Shown: piece after piece, positions 11,932 through 21,015 of the stretch
Position numbering within the stretch: the stretch's first letter is position 1
Layout of the letters: each line of letters opens with the position of its first letter
Source of the DNA: Centroscyllium fabricii
Taxonomy: Eukaryota
DNA: 64,000 nucleotides
Assembly: GCA_051313645.2 (NCBI GenBank)
Contig: JBNRSN020000002.1
Coordinates: 135,222,001 to 135,286,000 of the forward strand
Reading direction: 5' to 3'
Made by a program: the position numbers and the translations under genes
Notes under the pieces: model-generated
What the model was told of the DNA's origin: nothing
Seen by the model: only the letters and a program-made list of their open reading frames with translations
Database searches by the model: none

Positions 11932-12882
11932 ATGTCAGTGGAGCTCGGTGCCGTGCTTTGCTCAACCTGCCACATGTGGGAAGTCATGGACACCACTGGA
12001 GTCCCTGACGACCATGTGTGCGGGAAATGCGTCCACCTTCAGTTACTGACTGACCGCATTGCGGCACTGGAACTGAGGGTAGATGGGTTATGGAGCATTC
12101 GTGATGCTGAGAGGTGCGTGGATTACTCATACAGTGAGCTGGTCACACCGCAGGCTAAGGGTGTGCAGGCAGAAGGGAAATGGGTGACCATCAGAAAGAG
12201 CAGTAAGGCCAGGCAGGTAGAGCAGGAAACCCCTGTGGCCATCCCCCTCACGAACAAGTATACCGTTTTGGATACTGTTGGGTGGGATGACCTACCAGGG
12301 GAATGCAGCAGTAGCCAACCTCCGGGCACTGGGGTTGCTTCTGCTGTTCAGCTGGGGGGGAAAAGGCGTGAGAGAGCAATAGTGGTAGGGGACTCTATCG
12401 TAAGGGGAGCAGATAGGCGTTTCTGTGGCCGTAGACGTGACTCCAGGATGGTCTGTTGCCTCCCTGGTGCCAGGGTCAAGGATGTCATGGAATGGCTGCA
12501 GGACATCCTGAAGGGGGAGGGAAACCAGTCAGAGGTCGTTGTACACATAGGAATCAACGACATAGGTAAAAAGAGGGATGAGGTCCTGCAACAAGAATTC
12601 AGGGAGCTAGGCAGAAAATTAAAGTGCAGGACCTCAAAGGTTGTAATCTCTGGATTACTCCCTGTGCCACGATTTAGTGAGTATAGGAATAGAAGGATAG
12701 AGCAGCTTAATACGTGGCTCAAGAGTTGGTGCAGGAGGGAGGGCTTTAGTTTCCTGGATAACTGGCCCTGTTTCTGGGAAAGGTGGGACTTGTATGGGGA
12801 GGACGGTCTCCACCTTAACCGGAGGGGGACCAATATCCTGGTGGGGAGGTTTGCTAGCATGGTTGGGGAGGGTTTAAACTAA
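11932..12882 (+). CDS. CR1 ORF1p: N-terminal zinc finger plus SGNH/GDSL esterase domain
   Basis: CSTC...CGKC, then a leucine-zipper-like stretch, then VVGDSIVR, CLPGA, HIGINDI and DGLHLN motifs. Confidence 0.92.
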   Translation: MSVELGAVLCSTCHMWEVMDTTGVPDDHVCGKCVHLQLLTDRIAALELRVDGLWSIRDAERCVDYSYSELVTPQAKGVQAEGKWVTIRKSSKARQVEQETPVAIPLTNKYTVLDTVGWDDLPGECSSSQPPGTGVASAVQLGGKRRERAIVVGDSIVRGADRRFCGRRRDSRMVCCLPGARVKDVMEWLQDILKGEGNQSEVVVHIGINDIGKKRDEVLQQEFRELGRKLKCRTSKVVISGLLPVPRFSEYRNRRIEQLNTWLKSWCRREGFSFLDNWPCFWERWDLYGEDGLHLNRRGTNILVGRFASMVGEGLN

Positions 12883-15800
12883 CTTGGCAGGGGGTTGGGA
12901 TACGGAGTGGAGCAAAAATAGGGGGTGGCGAAAAGGCTAATATAGAGGAAAAAACAAGTCAGGAGGCTGAAAAAAGGGAAACAAGAAAAAAAGATAAAGA
13001 CAGAAAGGAGAAAAGCAAAAGTATAAGGCAGGGAGATCAACGGGTAAAATCAAACAGGACCGCAGGTAATAAAAATGCACAATGGTCGGGTAAAGTGAAA
13101 AAAAAAACAAGCCTGAAAATCTTGTATCTTAATGCAAGAAGCATTCGGAACAAGGTAGATGAATTATCTGTAGAAATAGAGGCAAACAAATATGATTTGG
13201 TTGCGATTACAGAAACATGGCTGCAGGGTGGACAAGGCTGGGAACTTAACATACCAGGGTATACAATATTTAGGAAGGATAGGCAAAAAAGAAAGGGAGG
13301 TGGGGTGGCATTACTGGTGAGGGAGGGGATTAACTCAATTGAAAGGACTGATATTAACTCAGATGATGCGGAATCTGTATGGGTAGAACTGAGGAATAGC
13401 AAGGGGCGAAAAATGTTGCTGGGAGTGGTATATAGACCGCCAAATAGTAATATGGAGGTTGGGGAAGGCATAAAAAGGGAAATTAAAGAAGCGTGCAATA
13501 AGGGCACAGCTGTCATCATGGGTGACTTTAATTTACATATAGATTGGACTAGCCAGATTAGTAACAACGCGATGGAGGAGGAATTTCTGGAGTGTATACG
13601 AGATGGTTTCCTGGACCAATATGTCGAGGAACCAACTCGGGATCAGGCCATCTTAGACTGGGTACTGTGCAATGAGAAGGGATTGATTGGCAATCTTGTT
13701 GTACGAGGCCCATTGGGGCGGAGCGATCATAATATGATCGAATTCTCACTCAGAATGGAGAGGGAAGAAATTGACTCGGAGACTAAGGTCCTAAATTTAA
13801 GAAAAGGGAACTATGATGGTATGAGACGAGAGTTGGGTAAAATTGATTGGGGGGTGTCGCTCAGGGGGCTGACGGTGGAACAACAATGGCAGGCATTCAA
13901 AGATCGAATGGAAGAAGCGCAGAGCTTGTTTATACCAGTTTGGAATAAAAATAAACCAAAAAAGGTGACTCAACCGTGGATAACAAGGGAAATTAGGGAT
14001 AACATAAAAACCAAAGAAAGGGCGTATCAACTGGCCAAAAAAAGCATCAAACCTGAAGATTGGGAACAATTCAGGATACAGCAAAGGAGGACAAAGGGAT
14101 TAATTAAGAAGGGGAAAATAGATTACGAAAGAAGGCTTGCGGCAAACATAAAAACTGACTGCAAAACCTTTTACAGATACATTAAAAGGAAGAGACTGGT
14201 GAAATCCAGAGTCGGGCCCCTGCAGTCCGAATCAGGAGATTATATAACGGGGAACAAGGAAATGGCAGACCAATTAAATTCATATTTTGGTTCTGTCTTC
14301 ACGGAGGAGGACACAAATAGCCTCCCGGAGATGTCGGGGAACATAGGGACTAATGAGAGGGAGGAACTGAAAGAAATCAATATCTCTAAGGATATGGTGT
14401 CCGGGAAATTGAAAGGATTAAAGGCCGACAAATCCCCAGGGCCTGATAATCTGCATCCTAGGGTGCTTAAGGAAGTGGCCCTGGAGATATCAGATGCTTT
14501 GAGGATCATTTTCCAGAACTCAATAGACTCTGGAATGGTGCCCAGGGATTGGAGGGTAGCTAATGTTACCGCACTATTCAAAAAGGGGGGTAGAGAGAAG
14601 GCGGGGAATTATAGACCGGTAAGCCTTACATCGGTTGTGGGCAAAATGCTAGAATCCATTATTAAGGACGTAATAGCAGATCACTTGACTAAGAGTGATG
14701 GGATCGGACACAGTCAACATGGATTTACAAAAGGTAAATCGTGCTTGACTAATCTATTGGAATTCTTCGAGGATGTAACCGATAAAATAGATAGGGGAGA
14801 GCCAGTAGATGTGGTTTATCTGGACTTCCAGAAAGCCTTTGACAAGGTCCCTCATAGGAGATTGGCAGGCAAAATTAAGGCTCATGGGATTGGGGGCAAG
14901 GTACTGGCGTGGATAGAGAACTGGTTGGCAGATAGAAAACAGAGAGTTGGGATAAACGGGTCGTTTTCTGATTGGCGGGCAGTGACTAGTGGGGTACCAC
15001 AGGGGTCGGTACTGGGACCCCAGCTGTTCACAATATATATTAATGACCTGGATGAGGGAATTGGATGTAACATCTCCAAATTCGCAGATGACACTAAGCT
15101 TGGAGGGGGAGTATGCTCTGAGGAGGATGTCGGGAAGCTCCAGAGCGACCTGGACAGATTGGGGGATTGGGCGAACACATGGCAAATGCACTATAATGTG
15201 GATAAATGTGAGGTTATCCACTTTGGTAGCAAAAACAGAGAGGCAGAGTATTATTTGAACGGCAATAGATTGGGAGATGGGGAAGTGCAAAGAGATCTGG
15301 GTGTTCTTGTGCACCAGTCACTGAAGGTGAGCATGCAGGTGCAGCAGGTGGTTAAAAAGGCAAATGGTATGTTGGCCTTTATATCAAGAGGGTTTGAGTA
15401 TAGGAATAGGGATGTCTTGCTGCAGCTGTACAGGGTCTTGGTGAGGCCACACCTTGAGTATTGTGTGCAGTTTTGGTCACCGCCTCTGAGGAAGGATGTT
15501 CTTGCCATGGAGGGAGTGCAGCGACGATTCACCAGGCTGATACCTGGGATGGCAGGAATGACTTATGAGGAGAGATTGTGTAGTCTGGGCTTATACTCGC
15601 TGGAGTTTAGAAGATTAAGAGGGGATCTCATCGAGACTTATAAAATTCTGTCAGGCTTGGACAGGTTAGATGCAGAAAGGATGTTTCCGATGGCCGGGGA
15701 GTCGAGAACCAGGGGGCATAGTCTAAGGATAAGGGGTAAGCCTTGTAGGACTGAGATGAGGAGGAAATTCTTCACACAGAGAGTGGTGAACCTGTGGAAT

Positions 15801-15920
15801 TCCTTGCCACAGAGGGCGGTGGAGGCCGGTTCATTGAATATATTCAAGAGGGAACTGGATATATTTCTTCAGGCTAAAGCGATTAAGGGATATGGGGAGA
15901 AGGCAGGGACTGGGTACTGA
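12858..15920 (+). CDS. CR1 ORF2p: APE endonuclease plus reverse transcriptase (frame open from 12858, no upstream ATG)
   Basis: YLNARS, ITETW, MGDFN, SDH (APE); SPGPD, NYRPVSL, QHGF, GVPQGS, FADD (RT). Stop-free from the TAG at 12855-12857 to the TGA at 15918-15920. Confidence 0.93.
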   Translation, partial: HGWGGFKLTWQGVGIRSGAKIGGGEKANIEEKTSQEAEKRETRKKDKDRKEKSKSIRQGDQRVKSNRTAGNKNAQWSGKVKKKTSLKILYLNARSIRNKVDELSVEIEANKYDLVAITETWLQGGQGWELNIPGYTIFRKDRQKRKGGGVALLVREGINSIERTDINSDDAESVWVELRNSKGRKMLLGVVYRPPNSNMEVGEGIKREIKEACNKGTAVIMGDFNLHIDWTSQISNNAMEEEFLECIRDGFLDQYVEEPTRDQAILDWVLCNEKGLIGNLVVRGPLGRSDHNMIEFSLRMEREEIDSETKVLNLRKGNYDGMRRELGKIDWGVSLRGLTVEQQWQAFKDRMEEAQSLFIPVWNKNKPKKVTQPWITREIRDNIKTKERAYQLAKKSIKPEDWEQFRIQQRRTKGLIKKGKIDYERRLAANIKTDCKTFYRYIKRKRLVKSRVGPLQSESGDYITGNKEMADQLNSYFGSVFTEEDTNSLPEMSGNIGTNEREELKEINISKDMVSGKLKGLKADKSPGPDNLHPRVLKEVALEISDALRIIFQNSIDSGMVPRDWRVANVTALFKKGGREKAGNYRPVSLTSVVGKMLESIIKDVIADHLTKSDGIGHSQHGFTKGKSCLTNLLEFFEDVTDKIDRGEPVDVVYLDFQKAFDKVPHRRLAGKIKAHGIGGKVLAWIENWLADRKQRVGINGSFSDWRAVTSGVPQGSVLGPQLFTIYINDLDEGIGCNISKFADDTKLGGGVCSEEDVGKLQSDLDRLGDWANTWQMHYNVDKCEVIHFGSKNREAEYYLNGNRLGDGEVQRDLGVLVHQSLKVSMQVQQVVKKANGMLAFISRGFEYRNRDVLLQLYRVLVRPHLEYCVQFWSPPLRKDVLAMEGVQRRFTRLIPGMAGMTYEERLCSLGLYSLEFRRLRGDLIETYKILSGLDRLDAERMFPMAGESRTRGHSLRIRGKPCRTEMRRKFFTQRVVNLWNSLPQRAVEAGSLNIFKRELDIFLQAKAIKGYGEKAGTGY

Positions 15921-16261
15921 ACGTGTAAGATCAGCCATGATCTCATTGAATGGCGGAGCAGGCTCGAAGGGCCGAATGGCCTACTCCTGCTCCTATCTTC
16001 TATGATTCTATGATTCTATGATGCAACATTTTATAAGAAAAAATTGTGATTTATGAGTTTTGGGAAGTTTAGAAAATATGCTAGGAGATGTATTTGATAG
16101 AAACCCTAGGCAGCTTGTCAAATATACCAACATTTTGCAAAAGAAGAAAGGTTTTGCACTCCACTGAATGTTTATTTCCCAGTTATTTCAGTTAAGAACA
16201 TAAAATTCTGTGAACAATAAGTAGTTACTTGGGTTATCCAGCATGTTCCTTTATAAAAAGA

Positions 16262-16390
16262 AAATAAATACTGATGATGCTGGAAATCTGAAATGAAAAC
16301 AGAAAATGTTAGAGATACTCAGCAGGTCAGGCAGCATCTGTGAAGAAAGAAACAGAGTTTTCAGGACAATGACCTTTCATCAGAACTGGT
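16262..16390 (-). mobile_element. Short Penelope pLTR-type repeat with degenerate hammerhead
   Basis: Reverse complement reads gttCTGATGAaaggtcattgtcctGAAA...gatgctgcctgacctgctgagt...gatttccagcatc. Confidence 0.6.
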
Positions 16391-16698
16391 GGTTCTGCAG
16401 ATTTCACTTATCCACTTTCTTTTGCTGGTTTTGTTTAAATGGAAAAACAAAACTTGAATGTAAAATTATTATTGCATTAATATTGTAATATAATAAATCT
16501 CAAAAATATTTTAGATTTTCCTGATAAAGTGTTCAGTTCTAGTAATGAAGAACAAAAATTGTATGGTAGTAGTTATACAGTTTGTTACTCTGTTAGACTA
16601 AACAAAATCTAAGGAGAAACAAATAAGTACCTTATACCACATATTGCAACTGCACATGGACATATTTATGATCGTGATCTTAATATGCTGATACATCA

Positions 16699-18215
16699 GG
16701 AACGGTAGCATAGAGGTAATGTCACTGGTTTAGTAATCCAAATGCCTGGACTAATGATCCAGAGACGTGAGTTCAAATCCCACCACGGCAGCTGGGGAAT
16801 TTAAATTCAGTTATAGTTAGTATCAGTAATGGTAAACATGAAACTATCTGAATGTCATAAAAACCCATCTGGTTCACTAATGTCCTTTAGGGAAGGAAAT
16901 CTGTTGTCCTTACCCGGTCTGGCCTGTATGTGACTCAATTGTAACAAATCACTACGAAACACAATAATAAGAATGAAACCGGACGGACCACCTGCCATCG
17001 ACCTCGGCACTGGCACATCCAGCTCATTCGACCCAGCAAAGTCCTCACCAACATTTTGGGACTTGTGCCAAAATTGGGAGAGCTGTCCCACACACTAGTC
17101 AAGCAACAGCCTGCCATAGTCATGCTCACAGAATCATACCTTTCAGCCAATGTCCCAAGCTCCTCCATCACTATCCCTGGGTATGTCCTGTCCCACCGGC
17201 AGGACAGACCTGCTAGGGGTGGTAACACAGTGGTATACAGTCAGGAAGGAGTGGCCCTGGGAGTCCTGAACATTGACTCTGGACCCATGACGTCTCATGG
17301 CTTCAGGTCAAGCATGGACAAGGCAGCCCTCCTGCTGATTACCACCTACCGCCCTCCTTCCGCTGATGAATCAGTACTCCTCCATGTTGAACACCACTTG
17401 GAACAAGCACTGAGAGTAGCAAGGGCACAGAATGTACTCTGGGTGGGGGACTTCAAGGTACAGCACCACTACTGACTGAGCTGGCCATGTCCTGAAGGAC
17501 ATAACTGCCAGTATGGGTGATGAGAGAACCAACACAAAGGAAAAACCTACTCACCAATCTACCTGTCGCAGATGCATCTGTCCATGACAGAATTGTTAGT
17601 AGTGACCAACGCACAGTCATTGTAGAGACAAAGTCCCGTCTTCATACTGAGGACACCCTCCATCGTGTTGTGTGGCACTACCACCGTGCTAAATGGGATA
17701 GATTCAAAACAGATCTAGCAGCTCAAAACTGAGTCTCCATGAGGTGCTGTTGGCCATCAGCAGCAGCAGAATTGTATTCCACCACAATCTGTAAACTCAT
17801 GGCCTGGCACATTCCTCACTCTACCATTACCATCAAGGCAGGGGACCAACCCTGGTTCAACAACAAATGTAGAAGAGCATGCCAGGAGCAGCACCAGGTA
17901 TACCTTAAGATACGGTGCCAACCTGGGGAACTGCAACACAGGACTATATGCATGCTAAAAAGCAGAAGCAGCATGCTGTAGGCAGAGCTAAGTGATCCCA
18001 CAATCAACAGATCAGATCAAAGCTCTGCAGTCCTGCCACATCCAGTTGTGAATGGTGGTGAACCATTAAACAACTAACTGGAGGAGGAGACTCCATGAAC
18101 ATCCCCATCCTCAATGATGGCGGAGCCCAGCACATGAGTGCAAAAGACAATGCTGAGCGTTTGCAACCATCTTCAGCCAGAAGTGCTGAGTGGATGATCC
18201 ATATCAGCCTCCTCT
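16699..18215 (+). mobile_element. Degenerate 5' part of an L2/CR1-group LINE with a tRNA-like head
   Basis: A/B-box-like head (TAGCATAGAGG...GAGTTCAAATCC) followed by broken APE-domain frames (MLTESYL, IPGY, DR..RGG, YRPP, VGDF, SD, DQPWFN). Confidence 0.72.
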
Positions 18216-19964
18216 GGTGATAAGTAAGACTGTGAATTAGACTACTGATGCCAGACAGCATGCTCGAATATGTACTCCCCGAGGGGAAGGACATCCCAAA
18301 ACTACTGGAACTGAGGAAAGAGGCCGGGGCGATAATTAAGTAGCATCACTGAATTGAGCAAGAGGTCAAGCTGGAAGATGCCTTCCCCTTTATCCTAAAG
18401 GTCGGTTGTACTTGCGTCTGTCGTCAGAGGTGCATCACTTGTAACCTTACGGTTCTCAGAGGTGTTTTACTTGCGACTCTTGTGGCGCCTCTGTGCTTTA
18501 CTATGTTGTCCCGTCTGATACCCATTCCTCACTGGGCTGCCGTAGGTAGGATATGGTTGCATGTCCGATCGTTGTTGGGACCCGGGAGAAGGATGCGGAG
18601 GACAAGCTGGAAGATGCCTCATGGTGGTGGACACTTTGGGACTGGGGTATTAGGGTGGACATACACCCCTGGATCATAATTGCATCTCATGTATTGGTGG
18701 TGGTGCAGTTGCCAATTGTCATCATACTTATGTTTGAGTCTTATACTCGATGCAAGTAACGCCGTAACCAAACCAACAAAGTAAACACGTCAATAAAATT
18801 TTAGCTGAAACCCCTTGGTATAATACAATCTGGAACTGGGGAATAAATGTGAGTATACACCCGTGGATATGAATCATATCTCACGTATTAGTAGTAGCCC
18901 AACTGATCTTTGCACTGTGATTTAACCACTGTCATCAGATACCTATTCCTCCCTAACCTATCGGCTGATCACCGAACAAGGGGCGGGACGAATTGATGTA
19001 ATTTAATATAGGCGGCACGGTGGCATAGTGGTTAGCATTGTTGCCTCACAGCTCTGGAGACCCGGGTTCAAATCCAGCCTCGGGTACTATCTGTGTGGAG
19101 TTTGCACATTATCCCCGTGTCTGCGTGGGTTTCCTCCGGGTGCTCCGGTTTCCTCCCACAGTCCAAAGATGTGCGGGTTAGGTTGATTGGCCAGGATAAA
19201 TTGACCCTTAGTGTTAGGGGGATTGAATATGTGGGGTTACGGGGATAGGGTGGGATATCTGTCAGTGCAGGCTCAAGAGGGATATGGGGAGAGGGCAGGG
19301 GTGGGGTACTGGTTTTGGATGATCAGCCATGATCTCATTGAATGGCGGAGCAGGCTCGAAGGGCCGAATGGCCTACTCCTGCTCCTATCTTCTATGTTTC
19401 TATAGTGTGGTCTCATGGGCTGGGGTAGCCCAGGACCAAAGAGGGGAATGAAGTGGATTTTTAGAAATCATACTTGTGAAGCATGGCACCATGGGTAAGG
19501 ATAACTAGCCAAGGCACTTCTGCCTGACAACGGTGCAGGCTAACGCATTTAAACTTTGAACACAGGACCAAAAGGGACCTAGGATGATTGAACAATAACA
19601 GGTCAAAGGGCTCACTCGATTAACACTAGCCATTAGGTGATAAGGGAAGTCACAAGGTGAGCACCTGATGGTTCTCCAATGTATAGACCTTTTGATATTG
19701 TTTAAAGAAAGGTCACATGAAAGTATGAATCATTGTGGTTTGGGGATATAAATACTTAGATTTCAAAGCAACCAGAGAGACAGGCCGGAACGAGCTGAGG
19801 AGCTCCATGCTGTCTCCCTGACCAGCTGCCATAGTACCTTTTTGTTTGTCTTGTTAGTCAAAACTGTTTGTTGTTGTGTGAGAAACTGTTGGACTATTTG
19901 AATCTTAATAAACTGCACCTTTTACTTTACCATGGATTAGATATGAATTTATTTTCACCCAACA
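18216..19964 (+). mobile_element. 3' remnant of an LTR retroelement: env-like segments, polypurine tract and 3' LTR (18994-19964, SINE-interrupted)
   Basis: Trp-rich plus hydrophobic coding remnants, purine tract AAGGGGCGGGA at 18978-18988, TG at 18994, TATA-like ATATAAAT ~19746, AATAAA 19907-19912, CA at 19963-19964. Confidence 0.55.
19011..19403 (+). mobile_element. HE1-like V-SINE with extended CR1 3' end
   Basis: SINE body to ~19274, then ~130 bp matching the CR1 ORF2 end, 3'UTR and tail. Confidence 0.85.
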
Positions 19965-20143
19965 GGCAGCGCATGCGCAGATCATTCAAAACTTTGCGGT
20001 GGCCATTTCCAATGTTATGGGCATGCGCGCGGCCATTTTGAATGGTGTGCGCATGCGCACTGGCCAGCTTCATTATTCCGATTTTTTCGCTATACTGGCC
20101 CGGGCCTGGTCCTGCCCGTGCTGGTATAACAGTGCTCAACCTG
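19965..20143. mobile_element. Right end of a Tigger/pogo-like MITE
   Basis: Ends gtgctcaacctg+TA, as in the element at 25289-26041. Shares GCGCATGCGC and ggccattttgaatgg motifs. Confidence 0.65.
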
Positions 20144-20145
20144 TA

Positions 20146-20577
20146 TCAGGATAGATTGAACAGGCTGAAGCTGTCATCTTTAGAAAAGAGAAGACGGAGA
20201 GGTGACCTGGTGGAGGTCTTCAAGATTATGAAAGGGTTTGATGGGGTAGACAGAGAAAATGTTTCCACTTGAGACCAAAACTGGGGGCCATAAATAAAAG
20301 ATAGTTACTAATAAATCTAATTGTTAATTCAGGAGAAACTTCTTTACCCAGAGAGTGGTTAGAGTGTAGAACCCGCTACCACATTAAGTGGTTGAGGCGA
20401 ATAGCATATATGCATTAAAGGGGAAGCTAGATAAGCACATGAGGGAGAAAGGACAAGAAGGATATGTTAATGGGGTTAGATGAAAAGGGGTGGGAGGAGG
20501 CTCGTGTGGAGCATAAACACCGGCATGGACCTGTTGGGCTGAATAGCCTGTTTCTCTGCTGTAAATACTTTGTTATA
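20146..20577 (+). mobile_element. Old CR1 3' fragment
   Basis: YQDRLNRLKLSSLEKRRRRGDLVEVFKIMKGFD plus a decayed 3'UTR. Confidence 0.8.
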
Positions 20578-20624
20578 CTTTGTAGCCTGCTGTACACTTG
20601 GCCATGTGGATACCATCAATGACT

Positions 20625-21015
20625 CATAGAAACATAGAAACATAGAAACTAGGAGCAGGAGTAGGCCATTCGGCCCTTCGAGCCTGCTCCGCCATTCAAT
20701 GAGATCATGGCTGATCATCCAAACCCAGTACCCCGCCCCTGCCCTTTCCCCATATCCCTCGATCCCTATCGAGCCTCCATCGACACATATCCCACCCTAT
20801 CCCCGTACCCCCACATATTCAAACCCCCTAACACTAAGGGTCAATTTATCATGGCCAATCAACCTAACCCGCACATCTTTGGACTGTGGGAGGAAACCCA
20901 CGCAGACACGGGGAGAATGTGCAAACTCCACACAGATAGTACCCGAGGCTGGATTTGAACTGGGTCTCCAGTGCTGTGAGACAACAGTGCTACCCACTGT
21001 GCCACCGTGCCGCCC
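20625..21015 (-). mobile_element. HE1-like V-SINE with extended CR1 3' end (minus strand)
   Basis: (CATAGAAA)3 tail, CR1 3'UTR, then SINE body ending in ccgtgccgccc. Confidence 0.85.

Larger units (their letters stand above)
11636..16022 (+). mobile_element. Full-length CR1 (HER1-like) LINE, both ORFs intact
   Basis: ~300-bp 5'UTR, ORF1, ORF2, short 3'UTR with stem-loop, and (ATTCTATG)n tail. The 5' boundary is approximate. Confidence 0.95.

Noticed and set aside
13095-13097. GTG given as the ORF2 start by the ORF track
   Set aside because: The frame is open a further 79 codons upstream and overlaps ORF1. The GTG is just the first alternative start codon and has no special support.
12348-15847. 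Multiple antisense ORFs over the CR1
   Set aside because: Shadow frames of the sense ORFs with no recognisable domains.
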